Shown here one piece after another: positions 19,508 to 31,265 of a stretch of DNA of 32,000 nt. The first letter of the stretch is position 1, and the number at the start of each line of letters is the position of its first letter. Both the position numbers and the translations under genes were made by a program. The stretch spans positions 150,001 to 182,000 of the forward strand of contig AF165818.4 in NCBI GenBank assembly GCA_000002975.1, written 5' to 3'. This DNA comes from Guillardia theta nucleomorph (Eukaryota > Protista > Cryptophyta). Below the pieces are notes generated by a model that saw only the letters and a program-made list of their open reading frames with translations, did no database searches and was not told the origin of the DNA.

Positions 19508-19888
19508 TTATAATTGATTTTGTTGTATTCTAATGTTTAACGCTATGCAAATCTTGAAAAATCTATCTTTATCTTCATTCCTCAAGTATTTTAATAATCT
19601 TTTTCTAGCATTTACCATTGAAATTAAACCTCTTGTTGAAGAAAAGTCTTTAGGATTTTTTTTAACATGTTCAGTCATATAAGAAATCCTTGCAGATAGA
19701 GCAGCTATTTGATATTCAGGTGAACCGGTATCTTTTTCATGAATTTTGTATTTGTTTCTAATTTCTTGTACATTTTTGTTATTTATATATGGTTGAGGAG
19801 ATGATAATTGACATTTTAAATTTTTAAAATTGATTTGTTTTTTATTGCTTTGTTTTAATGTTGTTTGTATACTATAATTAATGAACAT
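19508..19888 (-). CDS. rps15: Plastid-targeted bacterial-type 30S ribosomal protein S15 (uS15c)
   Basis: HEKDTGSPEYQIAALSARI..MTEHVKKNPKDFSSTRGL..MVNARKRLLKYL. N-terminal extension MFINYSIQTT... from ATG 19888; track start 19942 is TTG. Not homologous to the cytosolic rps15 at 9682. Confidence 0.93.
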   Translation of the reverse strand: MFINYSIQTTLKQSNKKQINFKNLKCQLSSPQPYINNKNVQEIRNKYKIHEKDTGSPEYQIAALSARISYMTEHVKKNPKDFSSTRGLISMVNARKRLLKYLRNEDKDRFFKICIALNIRIQQNQL

Positions 19889-20033
19889 TATATATATTTT
19901 AAATAAGAGATTATTTTTAATAATAAACCCGTTTGTATTCAATTAAATAGAATTCTACCCGTTAGAAAATAAAAAAGTAGGGGCCACATAAATTTTGCGA
20001 GATAAACCCTGTGTATAAGAAGATATATAAACA

Positions 20034-21638
20034 ATGAGTCGATATGTAATAGTGGACAAGAATGGAAATTTTAATAAAGATAATAGATGGAATGATAATT
20101 GCTCAGAAAATTTACCTGAAACGAATATACCAATTGTTTCCTTTTTTAATCCAATTAAATTTAACTATAATTTAATTTTTGAAAATGACGAAAATTCATT
20201 ATCAAAATTTTCAGAAAAGTATTACAACATTGAAAATTCATCGGATTTTTCTGTAGAAATTCAAAAACTTAAATTTTCTTCAGAAAATTTTCTACTATTG
20301 AAATTACAAGATTTTTTTGATAATAGCAATAATAATCATTTGATTAAAATAATCGGAAAAATAAGCGACGTTGTGGTAATTAATATTTTTCATCAAAATA
20401 TTTTACAAGATAGAGCAATATTAAAAAATTATATTAGTGGAATCGTTTCAAATACTGATTATGCAAAATTTTTAAAAATTAAAGAAAGATTCAGATTTAT
20501 TATTTGTGTTCATGATTTTGATGACAATTTCCATGAATCAAAAAAACTAACTGATTTTTTTGTTGATTTAATTAAAGATGAATTTGTTAATACTTTCGAT
20601 ATCGATACGTTTAGTTTTGAAGATGTATTTGATGTTTCTGTTATTTTGATGGAAAATTATAAATATAATAAAGAACAATTTACAAATTCATGTAAATTAT
20701 TAAAATCTAAAATAAAACAGAGTGTTTCACAAATAGGGAATAAGCTTGATAGTAACTTAAACTTTAGTGAAGTTATTAGACTTTTCGTTAATCCTACATC
20801 AGAAGATAATTTAAATAAATCATGCACAGGAATTCACGAAACAGATAATAATCAAAATGATTGTATTATTGAAGGAGAAAAATGTTTTTCAATAATATTA
20901 AAAGAAGCGGCGTTACAAATGGCAGAATTAACAAAGGTTGTTGATGAAAATAGCAAAATACCAAATTTTGGAATTAAATCTTCTCATATTATTCAAGAAT
21001 CTTTAAGCAAATTTGAAAAATTTATGTCATTTTCAAAAAATTTTTCTTTTATTAATAAGAAGAAATCTGAATTAGAAGCTATTATTGATACTAGTTTAAA
21101 CTCGATTTTTTTGAAACAACTAAATATTATTAGAGAAATGACTATTAGTCATTTTAAATCTGCAACTACAAATGAAGACGTGCCAGCAGATTTTGCTTTT
21201 TTCACAGCAGACTCTTTTTTTGTCAGAGAAGCTGAAGATTCTGTCAGACCCGGTTCTTCTTGGATTTATTCGAACGAACGAGCTAGTTTACATTCTATAT
21301 TGAGAGAAATTTCTAACAGAAGAAAACAATTAATATCTGAACGAATACAACACGCTGAACATACAGCTAACGCCTTCCAATATTTACAAATGCAACAAGC
21401 ACAAATGCAAGCTATACAGCAGCAACAATTTGGTGGTAGTCCTGGAAGTTGGAATATCGGGTGTGCATATCGACCCCCAGATAGTAATCTTAATATCTCA
21501 ATGGGATATCAGCAAGGAAGAACTAACATTCAAATTTCAATGATTCCAGATGAACAAGCGAATTTATTAGGCCCGAATGGTTTTACATCTGGAGTTGGAC
21601 CTGCAAATCTAGGCGTTTCGTTAAATTTAAATTTATAA
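20034..21638 (+). CDS. Hypothetical protein orf534; N-terminal half resembles a degenerate Sey1/RHD3 GTPase domain
   Basis: 534-codon ORF with normal amino-acid composition. Sey1-like blocks VIVDKNGNF, ISDVVVINIF, FIICVHDFD, DVFDVSVI; Q-rich linker and Gly-rich C-terminal domain. Confidence 0.75.
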   Translation: MSRYVIVDKNGNFNKDNRWNDNCSENLPETNIPIVSFFNPIKFNYNLIFENDENSLSKFSEKYYNIENSSDFSVEIQKLKFSSENFLLLKLQDFFDNSNNNHLIKIIGKISDVVVINIFHQNILQDRAILKNYISGIVSNTDYAKFLKIKERFRFIICVHDFDDNFHESKKLTDFFVDLIKDEFVNTFDIDTFSFEDVFDVSVILMENYKYNKEQFTNSCKLLKSKIKQSVSQIGNKLDSNLNFSEVIRLFVNPTSEDNLNKSCTGIHETDNNQNDCIIEGEKCFSIILKEAALQMAELTKVVDENSKIPNFGIKSSHIIQESLSKFEKFMSFSKNFSFINKKKSELEAIIDTSLNSIFLKQLNIIREMTISHFKSATTNEDVPADFAFFTADSFFVREAEDSVRPGSSWIYSNERASLHSILREISNRRKQLISERIQHAEHTANAFQYLQMQQAQMQAIQQQQFGGSPGSWNIGCAYRPPDSNLNISMGYQQGRTNIQISMIPDEQANLLGPNGFTSGVGPANLGVSLNLNL

Positions 21639-21657
21639 ATGATGATACATATTGTAA

Positions 21658-24662
<3,005 letters not shown>

Positions 24663-24665
<3 letters not shown>

Positions 24666-24795
24666 GTTTTCATTTTAATTTTATACATAAAATTGTGAAC
24701 AATATCTGTGTTAAATAACATTTTAATCATAAAACTTTATATAGATATGCGTGTGAGCTTTTACTCATTTTAAGATCCTGTACAAGTACAGTCAA
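24663..24795 (-). ncRNA. Candidate miniature U3 snoRNA
   Basis: Minus strand begins TTGACTGTACTTGTACAGGATCT (GAC box, box A' TACTT, box A CAGGATC complementary to the conserved 18S 5' GAUCCUG). C'-like ATGATTA at 24730-24724, D-like ATGA at 24673-24670, terminal stem AAGTTT/AAACTT. Ends are estimates. Confidence 0.7.
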
Positions 24796-24875
24796 TAAAA
24801 AAAATAAAATGTATTAGTATTTTTTTTAGCAAATTATTATCTTCTGTATGAAATTATAGTGACATTGTATTACAC

Positions 24876-27020
24876 ATGTTTGTTTACAAAAATCTGTTAA
24901 TAAAGATCTTTAATAAGAGATTCAGTTCAAAAAAAAAATTTATAAAAAATTACGAATATATTTATAAAAAATATATTAAAAAAAAAGATACAAATGAAAA
25001 AATAGCAATTAAAATTTTTATTAATAAAAATTTTTCCAAAATATTTGATTTTTTTAAAAGATATAATCACTTGTACATCTTAAAACCAATAAGCATAAAA
25101 TGTTACTTAATTACAATTTTAAAAAACTTGAATAATATATTTTTTGTGAATAATTGGTTTATTAACGCACAAAATAAAAAAATTTTGAGAAGTTTTTTAA
25201 TTTTTAATATTATTTTTGAGAATAATTTTTTAATCTGTAAAACAGAAATGTTAAATAAATACACCACATGTTCCTTAAAAATGAAGGTAATTTTTATAAA
25301 AAAAAAAAGTTTTATAAATTTAATACATTATAGTAAGATAAAAAATTATAATGATAGCATACTTAAATTGAAAAAAAATATTAAAATAAAAAATTTCATA
25401 AACTTAATTTTTATTTTCTATAATTATTCAATTGTTTCAAATTTCAAAAAATATGAACATTATGATTTTTTATCAACATTATATTTTTTAAAATATATCA
25501 AATTTTCATTAAGTATCTTTACAATTGTTTTAAAAAATATACAATCATTAATTAAATATTATTTTTTTAATGATTTTAATAGATTGTTTCTTTTTTTTAT
25601 TTATATTAGAATTAATAATTATAATTGGTACTATCAAAGTATTTTTAATGAAATGAAAAATTGCTTTAAAAACAGCATTGATTTTTTTATAGCATATTCA
25701 ATCAGATCATTAAATATTTCAAGAATTTTAATAAAAAGAATATTTGTAAATTATTTATCTATTAAATGCAATTTTTATATTAAAAACTTATTATCTATTA
25801 ATAGTAAAAGTTTCAATTTAACTTCTGATTCCGTAAAATTAATCACTCTAAATCAAAAAGAATGTAAAAAATACTTTTTGAATTTAATGCAAAGTAATTC
25901 AAAACTAATTGAAACTTTTTTTATTTTGAAAAAAATGAAAAATAATAATAAAGTCTTGTATTCATTTAAAAATTTGATTATTTTTAATATGTTTTATTTT
26001 CTAGTATCAAGTAATTTTAAAATATCTACATTATATAATATTGAAAATAAAAAATTGAATCTTCATATTTCACTATGTAATAAAATTTTGAAAAATTCCT
26101 CGATTGATTATTTGATTAATATTAAATTATTAAATGTATTATATAAAAATTTGAGATATAAAAAATTAACACCATTCTCTATTTTATATCCAAACCAAGA
26201 ACATGTTGTATTTTTAAGAATTGAAAACAAATTTATAAAATCAGTATCATCTAAAAGTTCAATTTTTTCAAATGACTGGTTGCAGCTTTTTTCAAAAAAA
26301 TTATCAAAGAAATATTTATCTCTAGAAATATTTTTTTTTTTAAATTTTAAGAAATCATTTTATTTCAAAAAATATTCTTATAATTCTGTTGATAAAGTTT
26401 CAATTGACATTGAAAAAAATCAATTAACAATCATAAAAAACCACGTCTTTAAATATCTTGAAAACAAAAATGAAACATATTCTAATAATAATTTTCTTTT
26501 CTCATTAATATTTAACCATAGATTTTTCAATGATATGATTAAAAATACAAAGTATAAATATTTGATAAAAAACCTAGTAATTATTTTAAGTATTAAAAAT
26601 TTTCCATTTTACGATACACAATACTTTGAATCTACAAAAAATGTTGAAAGTTACAAATTATTTACAAAAAAAATCGGAAGTATATATTTATTTTTTAAGA
26701 ATTTCAAAATTCGACTTAGAACTAGACGTAAATTGAATTTCTACCTAATCGTATTATTAATTAGTAAACTTTCTAAAATCAAGGAGGAATGTTTTAATTT
26801 TAAAAATAAAAAACTATCTAAAACGTTAAAGTCATCAAATGTAAAAAATCAAATAATTCTAAATTTACTATCCAGTTTTTTTTTATCTAATCTAAAAATA
26901 TATATTAGTTTTTATGGAAATAGAAAAAATAATTTTAATTTTTATGATAGATCAGAATCATTTATTTTTATTAATAATAAAAAATTTTATAAAATATTAG
27001 AAATGTTTATTATATTATAA
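24876..27020 (+). CDS. Hypothetical protein (ORFan orf714, K/N/I/F-rich)
   Basis: 714 codons without a stop in very AT-rich DNA implies coding; no motif recognised. Confidence 0.65.
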   Translation: MFVYKNLLIKIFNKRFSSKKKFIKNYEYIYKKYIKKKDTNEKIAIKIFINKNFSKIFDFFKRYNHLYILKPISIKCYLITILKNLNNIFFVNNWFINAQNKKILRSFLIFNIIFENNFLICKTEMLNKYTTCSLKMKVIFIKKKSFINLIHYSKIKNYNDSILKLKKNIKIKNFINLIFIFYNYSIVSNFKKYEHYDFLSTLYFLKYIKFSLSIFTIVLKNIQSLIKYYFFNDFNRLFLFFIYIRINNYNWYYQSIFNEMKNCFKNSIDFFIAYSIRSLNISRILIKRIFVNYLSIKCNFYIKNLLSINSKSFNLTSDSVKLITLNQKECKKYFLNLMQSNSKLIETFFILKKMKNNNKVLYSFKNLIIFNMFYFLVSSNFKISTLYNIENKKLNLHISLCNKILKNSSIDYLINIKLLNVLYKNLRYKKLTPFSILYPNQEHVVFLRIENKFIKSVSSKSSIFSNDWLQLFSKKLSKKYLSLEIFFFLNFKKSFYFKKYSYNSVDKVSIDIEKNQLTIIKNHVFKYLENKNETYSNNNFLFSLIFNHRFFNDMIKNTKYKYLIKNLVIILSIKNFPFYDTQYFESTKNVESYKLFTKKIGSIYLFFKNFKIRLRTRRKLNFYLIVLLISKLSKIKEECFNFKNKKLSKTLKSSNVKNQIILNLLSSFFLSNLKIYISFYGNRKNNFNFYDRSESFIFINNKKFYKILEMFIIL

Positions 27021-27028
27021 TACGATCA

Positions 27029-27538
27029 TTAGCTTTTAAAAAATGTTTTTGTTCTAAAATAACTTATTAGTAAAGCTTTTTTTTTAATTTTATTTAATAA
27101 TCTTTTCTGTAATTCTTCAGAATAGAAAATATTTTTTTTTGCGATTTTATTTGTTAAAACCGTATTAGAATAATGTTTAGATTTTTTTAATTCTTCTAAA
27201 TAATCTTTATTGGTGTGTTTTGTAAGAAAATTTAGTCCTTTTAAACTTACTCCCGATTTTACCACATATTTCCAATGAATTTTTAGATAACCAATTCCAT
27301 TAAATTTCATTATTCCACTGAGTAACAAGTTACCATCATCCGTATGACCCAAAAAAACACATTTTTTACCATAATTATTTCTTTTTTTGATAATTAGAAT
27401 ATCTCCAATTTTGAAATCTTTATTAGCGAGTTTTTTTTCACTTTTGTTTTTTTTTTGTTTAATGGAGTTATTTGTATTATTAGAGGACAGAAATTCAACT
27501 TTTTCAATCCATGTACTACGCTTACTAAATGGAAACAT
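27029..27538 (-). CDS. rpl6: Divergent 60S ribosomal protein L6 (eL6)
   Basis: GDILII....YGKKCVFL....GNLLLSG.MKFNGI...I...YVV aligns with eL6 GTVLIL....GKRVVFL....GLLLVTGP.K.NGVP. Confidence 0.85.
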   Translation of the reverse strand: MFPFSKRSTWIEKVEFLSSNNTNNSIKQKKNKSEKKLANKDFKIGDILIIKKRNNYGKKCVFLGHTDDGNLLLSGIMKFNGIGYLKIHWKYVVKSGVSLKGLNFLTKHTNKDYLEELKKSKHYSNTVLTNKIAKKNIFYSEELQKRLLNKIKKKALLISYFRTKTFFKS

Positions 27539-27573
27539 GTTATTTAAAAATATGTTTATAGATTAAAAATATA

Positions 27574-27654
27574 TACGACTTGAGAGTTTCGAACTCCCGA
27601 CCTACTGCGTGTAAGACAGTTGCTCTGTAATAATAACCACTGAGCTAAAGTCGC
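27574..27654 (-). tRNA. trnV(TAC): tRNA-Val(UAC) with an ~8-nt D-loop insertion (probable non-canonical intron)
   Basis: Minus strand GCGACTT TA GCTC AGTGGTTATTATTACA GAGC A ACTGT CTTACAC GCAGT AGGTC GGGAG TTCGAAA CTCTC AAGTCGT A: 81 nt with a 16-nt D-loop. Confidence 0.92.
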
Positions 27655-27733
27655 ATTTATTTGTCTTATCTTTAGTTATGAAAATATAGTTTTTTTTATA
27701 ATGTAGCTAATTAAATTTAATATACTACTTGCA

Positions 27734-27916
27734 TCAGACGAATCTTACCATTTTAATCATTCTACCTTTAATAAATAATTTAGAATAAGATTTAAATAAA
27801 TTTCCCCTTAAATTTGTAATTATAACATTACTTAATGTTAGGTTTTTAAATTTATCTATTTTTTTAATACTTCCGTTACAGGAATACCCATTTTCTAGTT
27901 CAATTTGAACATTCAT
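27734..27916 (-). CDS. Sm/Lsm-fold protein, most like Lsm4; N-terminal helix lies outside this ORF
   Basis: VQIELENG.S.NG.I..IDKF.NLTL.NVIIT...GN.F.....FIKG..IK.VR aligns with Lsm4 VELKNGETYNG.L...D.WMNI.L.EVI.T...G..F.....YIRG.TIKY.R. Confidence 0.85.
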   Translation of the reverse strand: MNVQIELENGYSCNGSIKKIDKFKNLTLSNVIITNLRGNLFKSYSKLFIKGRMIKMVRFV

Positions 27917-27962
27917 CGTGAATATTGTTTTTAAAATTTAATGTGAAATCTACGTTAAGTTA

Positions 27963-29045
27963 ATGGAGTCATCTTCTAGAATTGAAGTGATGAGTAATGA
28001 AATAAATTTTATTGAACTCAATTTTATCAAAACAAGAAAAAAAAAAAACCAAAGTAAATGTTTATTGAAAATTAGATTTTTTTTATTTTCATATTTACAT
28101 TTCTTAAATTTGAATTTTATTTTACCAAATTTTGTAGGAGGTAAAATTTTATTGTTATTATGGATTGTTAATACCTGCGATTTAAATGGATTAAAATTAT
28201 CAAATTTAGTTAAAAAAAATTTAATTTCCAGATTAATAAAAAATAAATTCAAAAATTTTAACTATGAAAACCTAATAAATGAAAAATTGAATTTACCATT
28301 ACAATTCTCATTCTTTTCTTTAATAAGCGTAATGAGATGTGCTAAATTTTTTATATTGAGACATAGAATTTATATTTATTTCATTATCAAAAAATCATCA
28401 AAAAAAATATATAAAAATAATTTCGATCAGAATGAAGTTTTAGAAGCAAGAATTATTTATAGTTATTTATTTATTTCTTCCATTCTTGATCTATTCAATG
28501 AATTGTTTTTTAAAAATTTGAAAAAAAAAATGCTAATTTTATTTCGTTCATCTTATTTTTTTGAATTTAAAAACAAAATTGAAATTCATGCCTCCCTTGA
28601 ATATTGTTTGATTAATTCCCACTTTTTTTCTTTTTCTTTTACTGAAAAAAATAAATTAAAAAATCAATTCTTAAATTATGTAAATCACAATCAAAGTTTT
28701 TTCAATTTTGGATTATCTGGAAGAAAAAATAAAACTGTCGATACATGTTATTTTTTTTGGATTTTGGCTGTATCAGTAGTGCTTGATTTACAATTTACAT
28801 TTTTTTTGGAAAAAATATGTAATTTTCTTGCTAATTCAGAAGTATATGCAATTTCTGATAAAATTGGAAAAAAACCAGATATTTATCACACCTATTACTT
28901 AAACCTTTGTTTGTGCTTTGAAATTTTTGCTATTTCATCTAAAGAACGATTCAGATCTAGTTCTTCTATAAAAAAAATATTTTTTCCTAAAATTAGTCCT
29001 ATTTATATGTTACGAGAATCTACGCTTTTTTATAATTTATTTTAA
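27963..29045 (+). CDS. Protein prenyltransferase beta subunit (FTase/GGTase)
   Basis: GLSGRKNKTVDTCYFFW and ISDKIGKKPDIYHTYY retain the D, C and H zinc ligands; EIHASLEYC resembles EAHGG.TFC. Start may be ATG 27990. Confidence 0.85.
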   Translation: MESSSRIEVMSNEINFIELNFIKTRKKKNQSKCLLKIRFFLFSYLHFLNLNFILPNFVGGKILLLLWIVNTCDLNGLKLSNLVKKNLISRLIKNKFKNFNYENLINEKLNLPLQFSFFSLISVMRCAKFFILRHRIYIYFIIKKSSKKIYKNNFDQNEVLEARIIYSYLFISSILDLFNELFFKNLKKKMLILFRSSYFFEFKNKIEIHASLEYCLINSHFFSFSFTEKNKLKNQFLNYVNHNQSFFNFGLSGRKNKTVDTCYFFWILAVSVVLDLQFTFFLEKICNFLANSEVYAISDKIGKKPDIYHTYYLNLCLCFEIFAISSKERFRSSSSIKKIFFPKISPIYMLRESTLFYNLF

Positions 29046-29065
29046 TTAGAGTCGATTCAAAATTA

Positions 29066-30190
29066 TCAAAATAGTTTTATATTATTTTTATGGAATCTTA
29101 TATTTTTTTTGATTTCCGAATCGATAAAATCCAAATATTTCTTTGTATTGAAATCATTTGCCTTATCTTTTTTTTCAATATCTAAGTGAAAATTCGGTCT
29201 GTATAACTTCCAATAAATGTTATTAGGTATGTTGTATTTTATTTTTTTATCTATTGCTATTGAAGTTTCAAATGTCCAGCACTTCGAGACTCTATCTTTT
29301 ATATATCCCCCTCCGCCTAGAACTAATATTGGAATATTAAATTTTTTTAGAAAATTTAAACAGTTCGAATGACCATTTATTGAAAGATTAAATCTACCAA
29401 TAACATCAAAAGAAAGTGAATCTGCACCAGACTGAAGAATTATAATATCAGGCCTAACAGATTCAATAATTTCGCGGACAATAGATTCAAAAATATTACA
29501 GTAATTTTCGTCTCCAATATTTTTTTTTATAGGTACGTTATAAGATGCATACTTTCCAATTGATATTCCTTTGTTCGTTATACTACCACTTCCTGGAAAA
29601 AAATTTTTATTGTAAAAATGAAAGGAAAGAACAAATACTCTATTAGTTGCATAAAATACCTCTTCAACTCCATCTCCGTGATGTACATCAATGTCTATAT
29701 ACAGGATGTAATTAAAATGTTTTAATAAATTTAAGATGCAAAGATTTATGTCATTCAAGTAACAAAATCCAGATTTTTCGTCAATCTTGGAATGATGAAG
29801 ACCCCCAGACCAATTAATTGCGATTTGACAATTATTGTTGGTTAATTCATCTAAGGATAATAAACTTGCAGACGAATAAAGCAACAAATATTCATTAAGA
29901 CCCTTAAAAATTGGACAGTCTGCATCATATTTGTCAATTGTTATATAATTAATACTTTCAAAATTTTTTTTTTTAATCACGTTGAATTCAAAAATTGATG
30001 AGTGAATGTTAAACATCTCACTATTAGTTTTTTTTTCTGTACGAATGATCCTAAGAAATTTTTCCATTCCATATGAATAAATAAGTTCGCTTGTCATAGA
30101 AAGTCTAATAGGTTGCATAGGATGAAATCTACTATAAGCAAAATTCCCAATTTTTGAATTTTCAGCCAATACAGTTTTTTTTTGTGTCAT
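29066..30190 (-). CDS. hda: Class I (Rpd3-type) histone deacetylase
   Basis: HPMQPIR, DCPIFKGL, AINWSGGLHH, SGFCYLND, YIDIDVHHGDGVEE, FFPGSG, GADSL and LGGGGY. Confidence 0.96.
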   Translation of the reverse strand: MTQKKTVLAENSKIGNFAYSRFHPMQPIRLSMTSELIYSYGMEKFLRIIRTEKKTNSEMFNIHSSIFEFNVIKKKNFESINYITIDKYDADCPIFKGLNEYLLLYSSASLLSLDELTNNNCQIAINWSGGLHHSKIDEKSGFCYLNDINLCILNLLKHFNYILYIDIDVHHGDGVEEVFYATNRVFVLSFHFYNKNFFPGSGSITNKGISIGKYASYNVPIKKNIGDENYCNIFESIVREIIESVRPDIIILQSGADSLSFDVIGRFNLSINGHSNCLNFLKKFNIPILVLGGGGYIKDRVSKCWTFETSIAIDKKIKYNIPNNIYWKLYRPNFHLDIEKKDKANDFNTKKYLDFIDSEIKKNIRFHKNNIKLF

Positions 30191-30224
30191 TAAATAAACT
30201 TAAAATTTACTAACACTTCTATAT

Positions 30225-31217
30225 TTATAGTAACCACCCATTTGATAAATTAAAAATTGAACTAAATATGAATGATTTTGAATTTTGTCTCAGAGGTGAT
30301 AAATCGCAAATTTGTGCATTGTTATTAGGTTTTTTAAAATTAAGTTTATAGTTTTTAGGTATTGATTTAAAATTTTGATACAAATAAGATTTTTTATCAT
30401 TTCTTGGATCATATCCATACCTAATCCAATTTTCATGAAATGGATTTTTTCTTTTAAATTTATAACTTACCAATAATAACGTATCTTTAAGATATTTTCT
30501 TAAAGACAATGGGATAAAATTTTTAAGAATTTTTAAATTCCAAATAGGTCTTTTCTTGAATAATCTTATCAAATATCCAATTATTATTTTCGGAGGTTTA
30601 GTATTCATGTTAATTATATTACAATCGTCTGGTTTGACAGGAGATTTATCAAAAAAATCAATATCATTTTTGACTTTTAAATTATTTTTTTCCAAAGATC
30701 TACAATCTAACCCTAAATTTTTTTTTTCTGAATCGCTTATTGGCACACTTATGTTTAAAGATTTGTTAAGGTTTTTTGATAATTTATCAAATCTAAAAAT
30801 ATCTTTTTTAGCGAAAAACGATGGGAGAATGAAATTACTAACATGATAAATATTAGAAATCTCAAAATTGCTTAGGAATTTTTTTTCATTTAAAAATATC
30901 GAATTAAATTTATATAAAATTTTCAGTTTTTTTTTATAATTATATTCAAAGTCATTGATCGATTTATATTTTATTTTTAATAAACTTCTTCTCGAGTTTA
31001 TACTTTTTTGAACAACGTTTGAGTTCCTTAAAAAAAAAATCTTTAACAAAATAATATTTTTATTCAAATTATGATAATTTATAAAATCGCTTCTTTTAAG
31101 AGCTGGATCAATTATAGTATTATAATTATCTTTCATAATATTTTTTGTTTTTTTTTTGTCTTTCAATGTATCGCGATTAAAATGGAACTCTTTTTTTTTA
31201 GAAAAGTTACATTTCAT
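30225..31217 (-). CDS. TFIIIC subunit tau95/Tfc1 (GTF3C5)-like
   Basis: LFKKRPIW...LKDTLLLVSYKF....PF...WIRYGYDPR matches the tau95 pattern LF..RPIW...AY.F..GPW...W.R.GYDPR. Confidence 0.82.
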   Translation of the reverse strand: MKCNFSKKKEFHFNRDTLKDKKKTKNIMKDNYNTIIDPALKRSDFINYHNLNKNIILLKIFFLRNSNVVQKSINSRRSLLKIKYKSINDFEYNYKKKLKILYKFNSIFLNEKKFLSNFEISNIYHVSNFILPSFFAKKDIFRFDKLSKNLNKSLNISVPISDSEKKNLGLDCRSLEKNNLKVKNDIDFFDKSPVKPDDCNIINMNTKPPKIIIGYLIRLFKKRPIWNLKILKNFIPLSLRKYLKDTLLLVSYKFKRKNPFHENWIRYGYDPRNDKKSYLYQNFKSIPKNYKLNFKKPNNNAQICDLSPLRQNSKSFIFSSIFNLSNGWLL

Positions 31218-31265
31218 TTGTTATTATGATTGCTATATATTTATAAAAATTAATTCACATTTAAC

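Noticed and set aside
24755-24766. GAGCTTTTACTC resembling U5 loop I
   Set aside because: Lacks one C of the invariant GCCUUUUAC and is better explained as a hairpin of the minus-strand U3 candidate.
27672-27710. AT-rich hairpin upstream of tRNA-Val
   Set aside because: Relies on G-U pairs and A/T runs; no box motifs to support an ncRNA.
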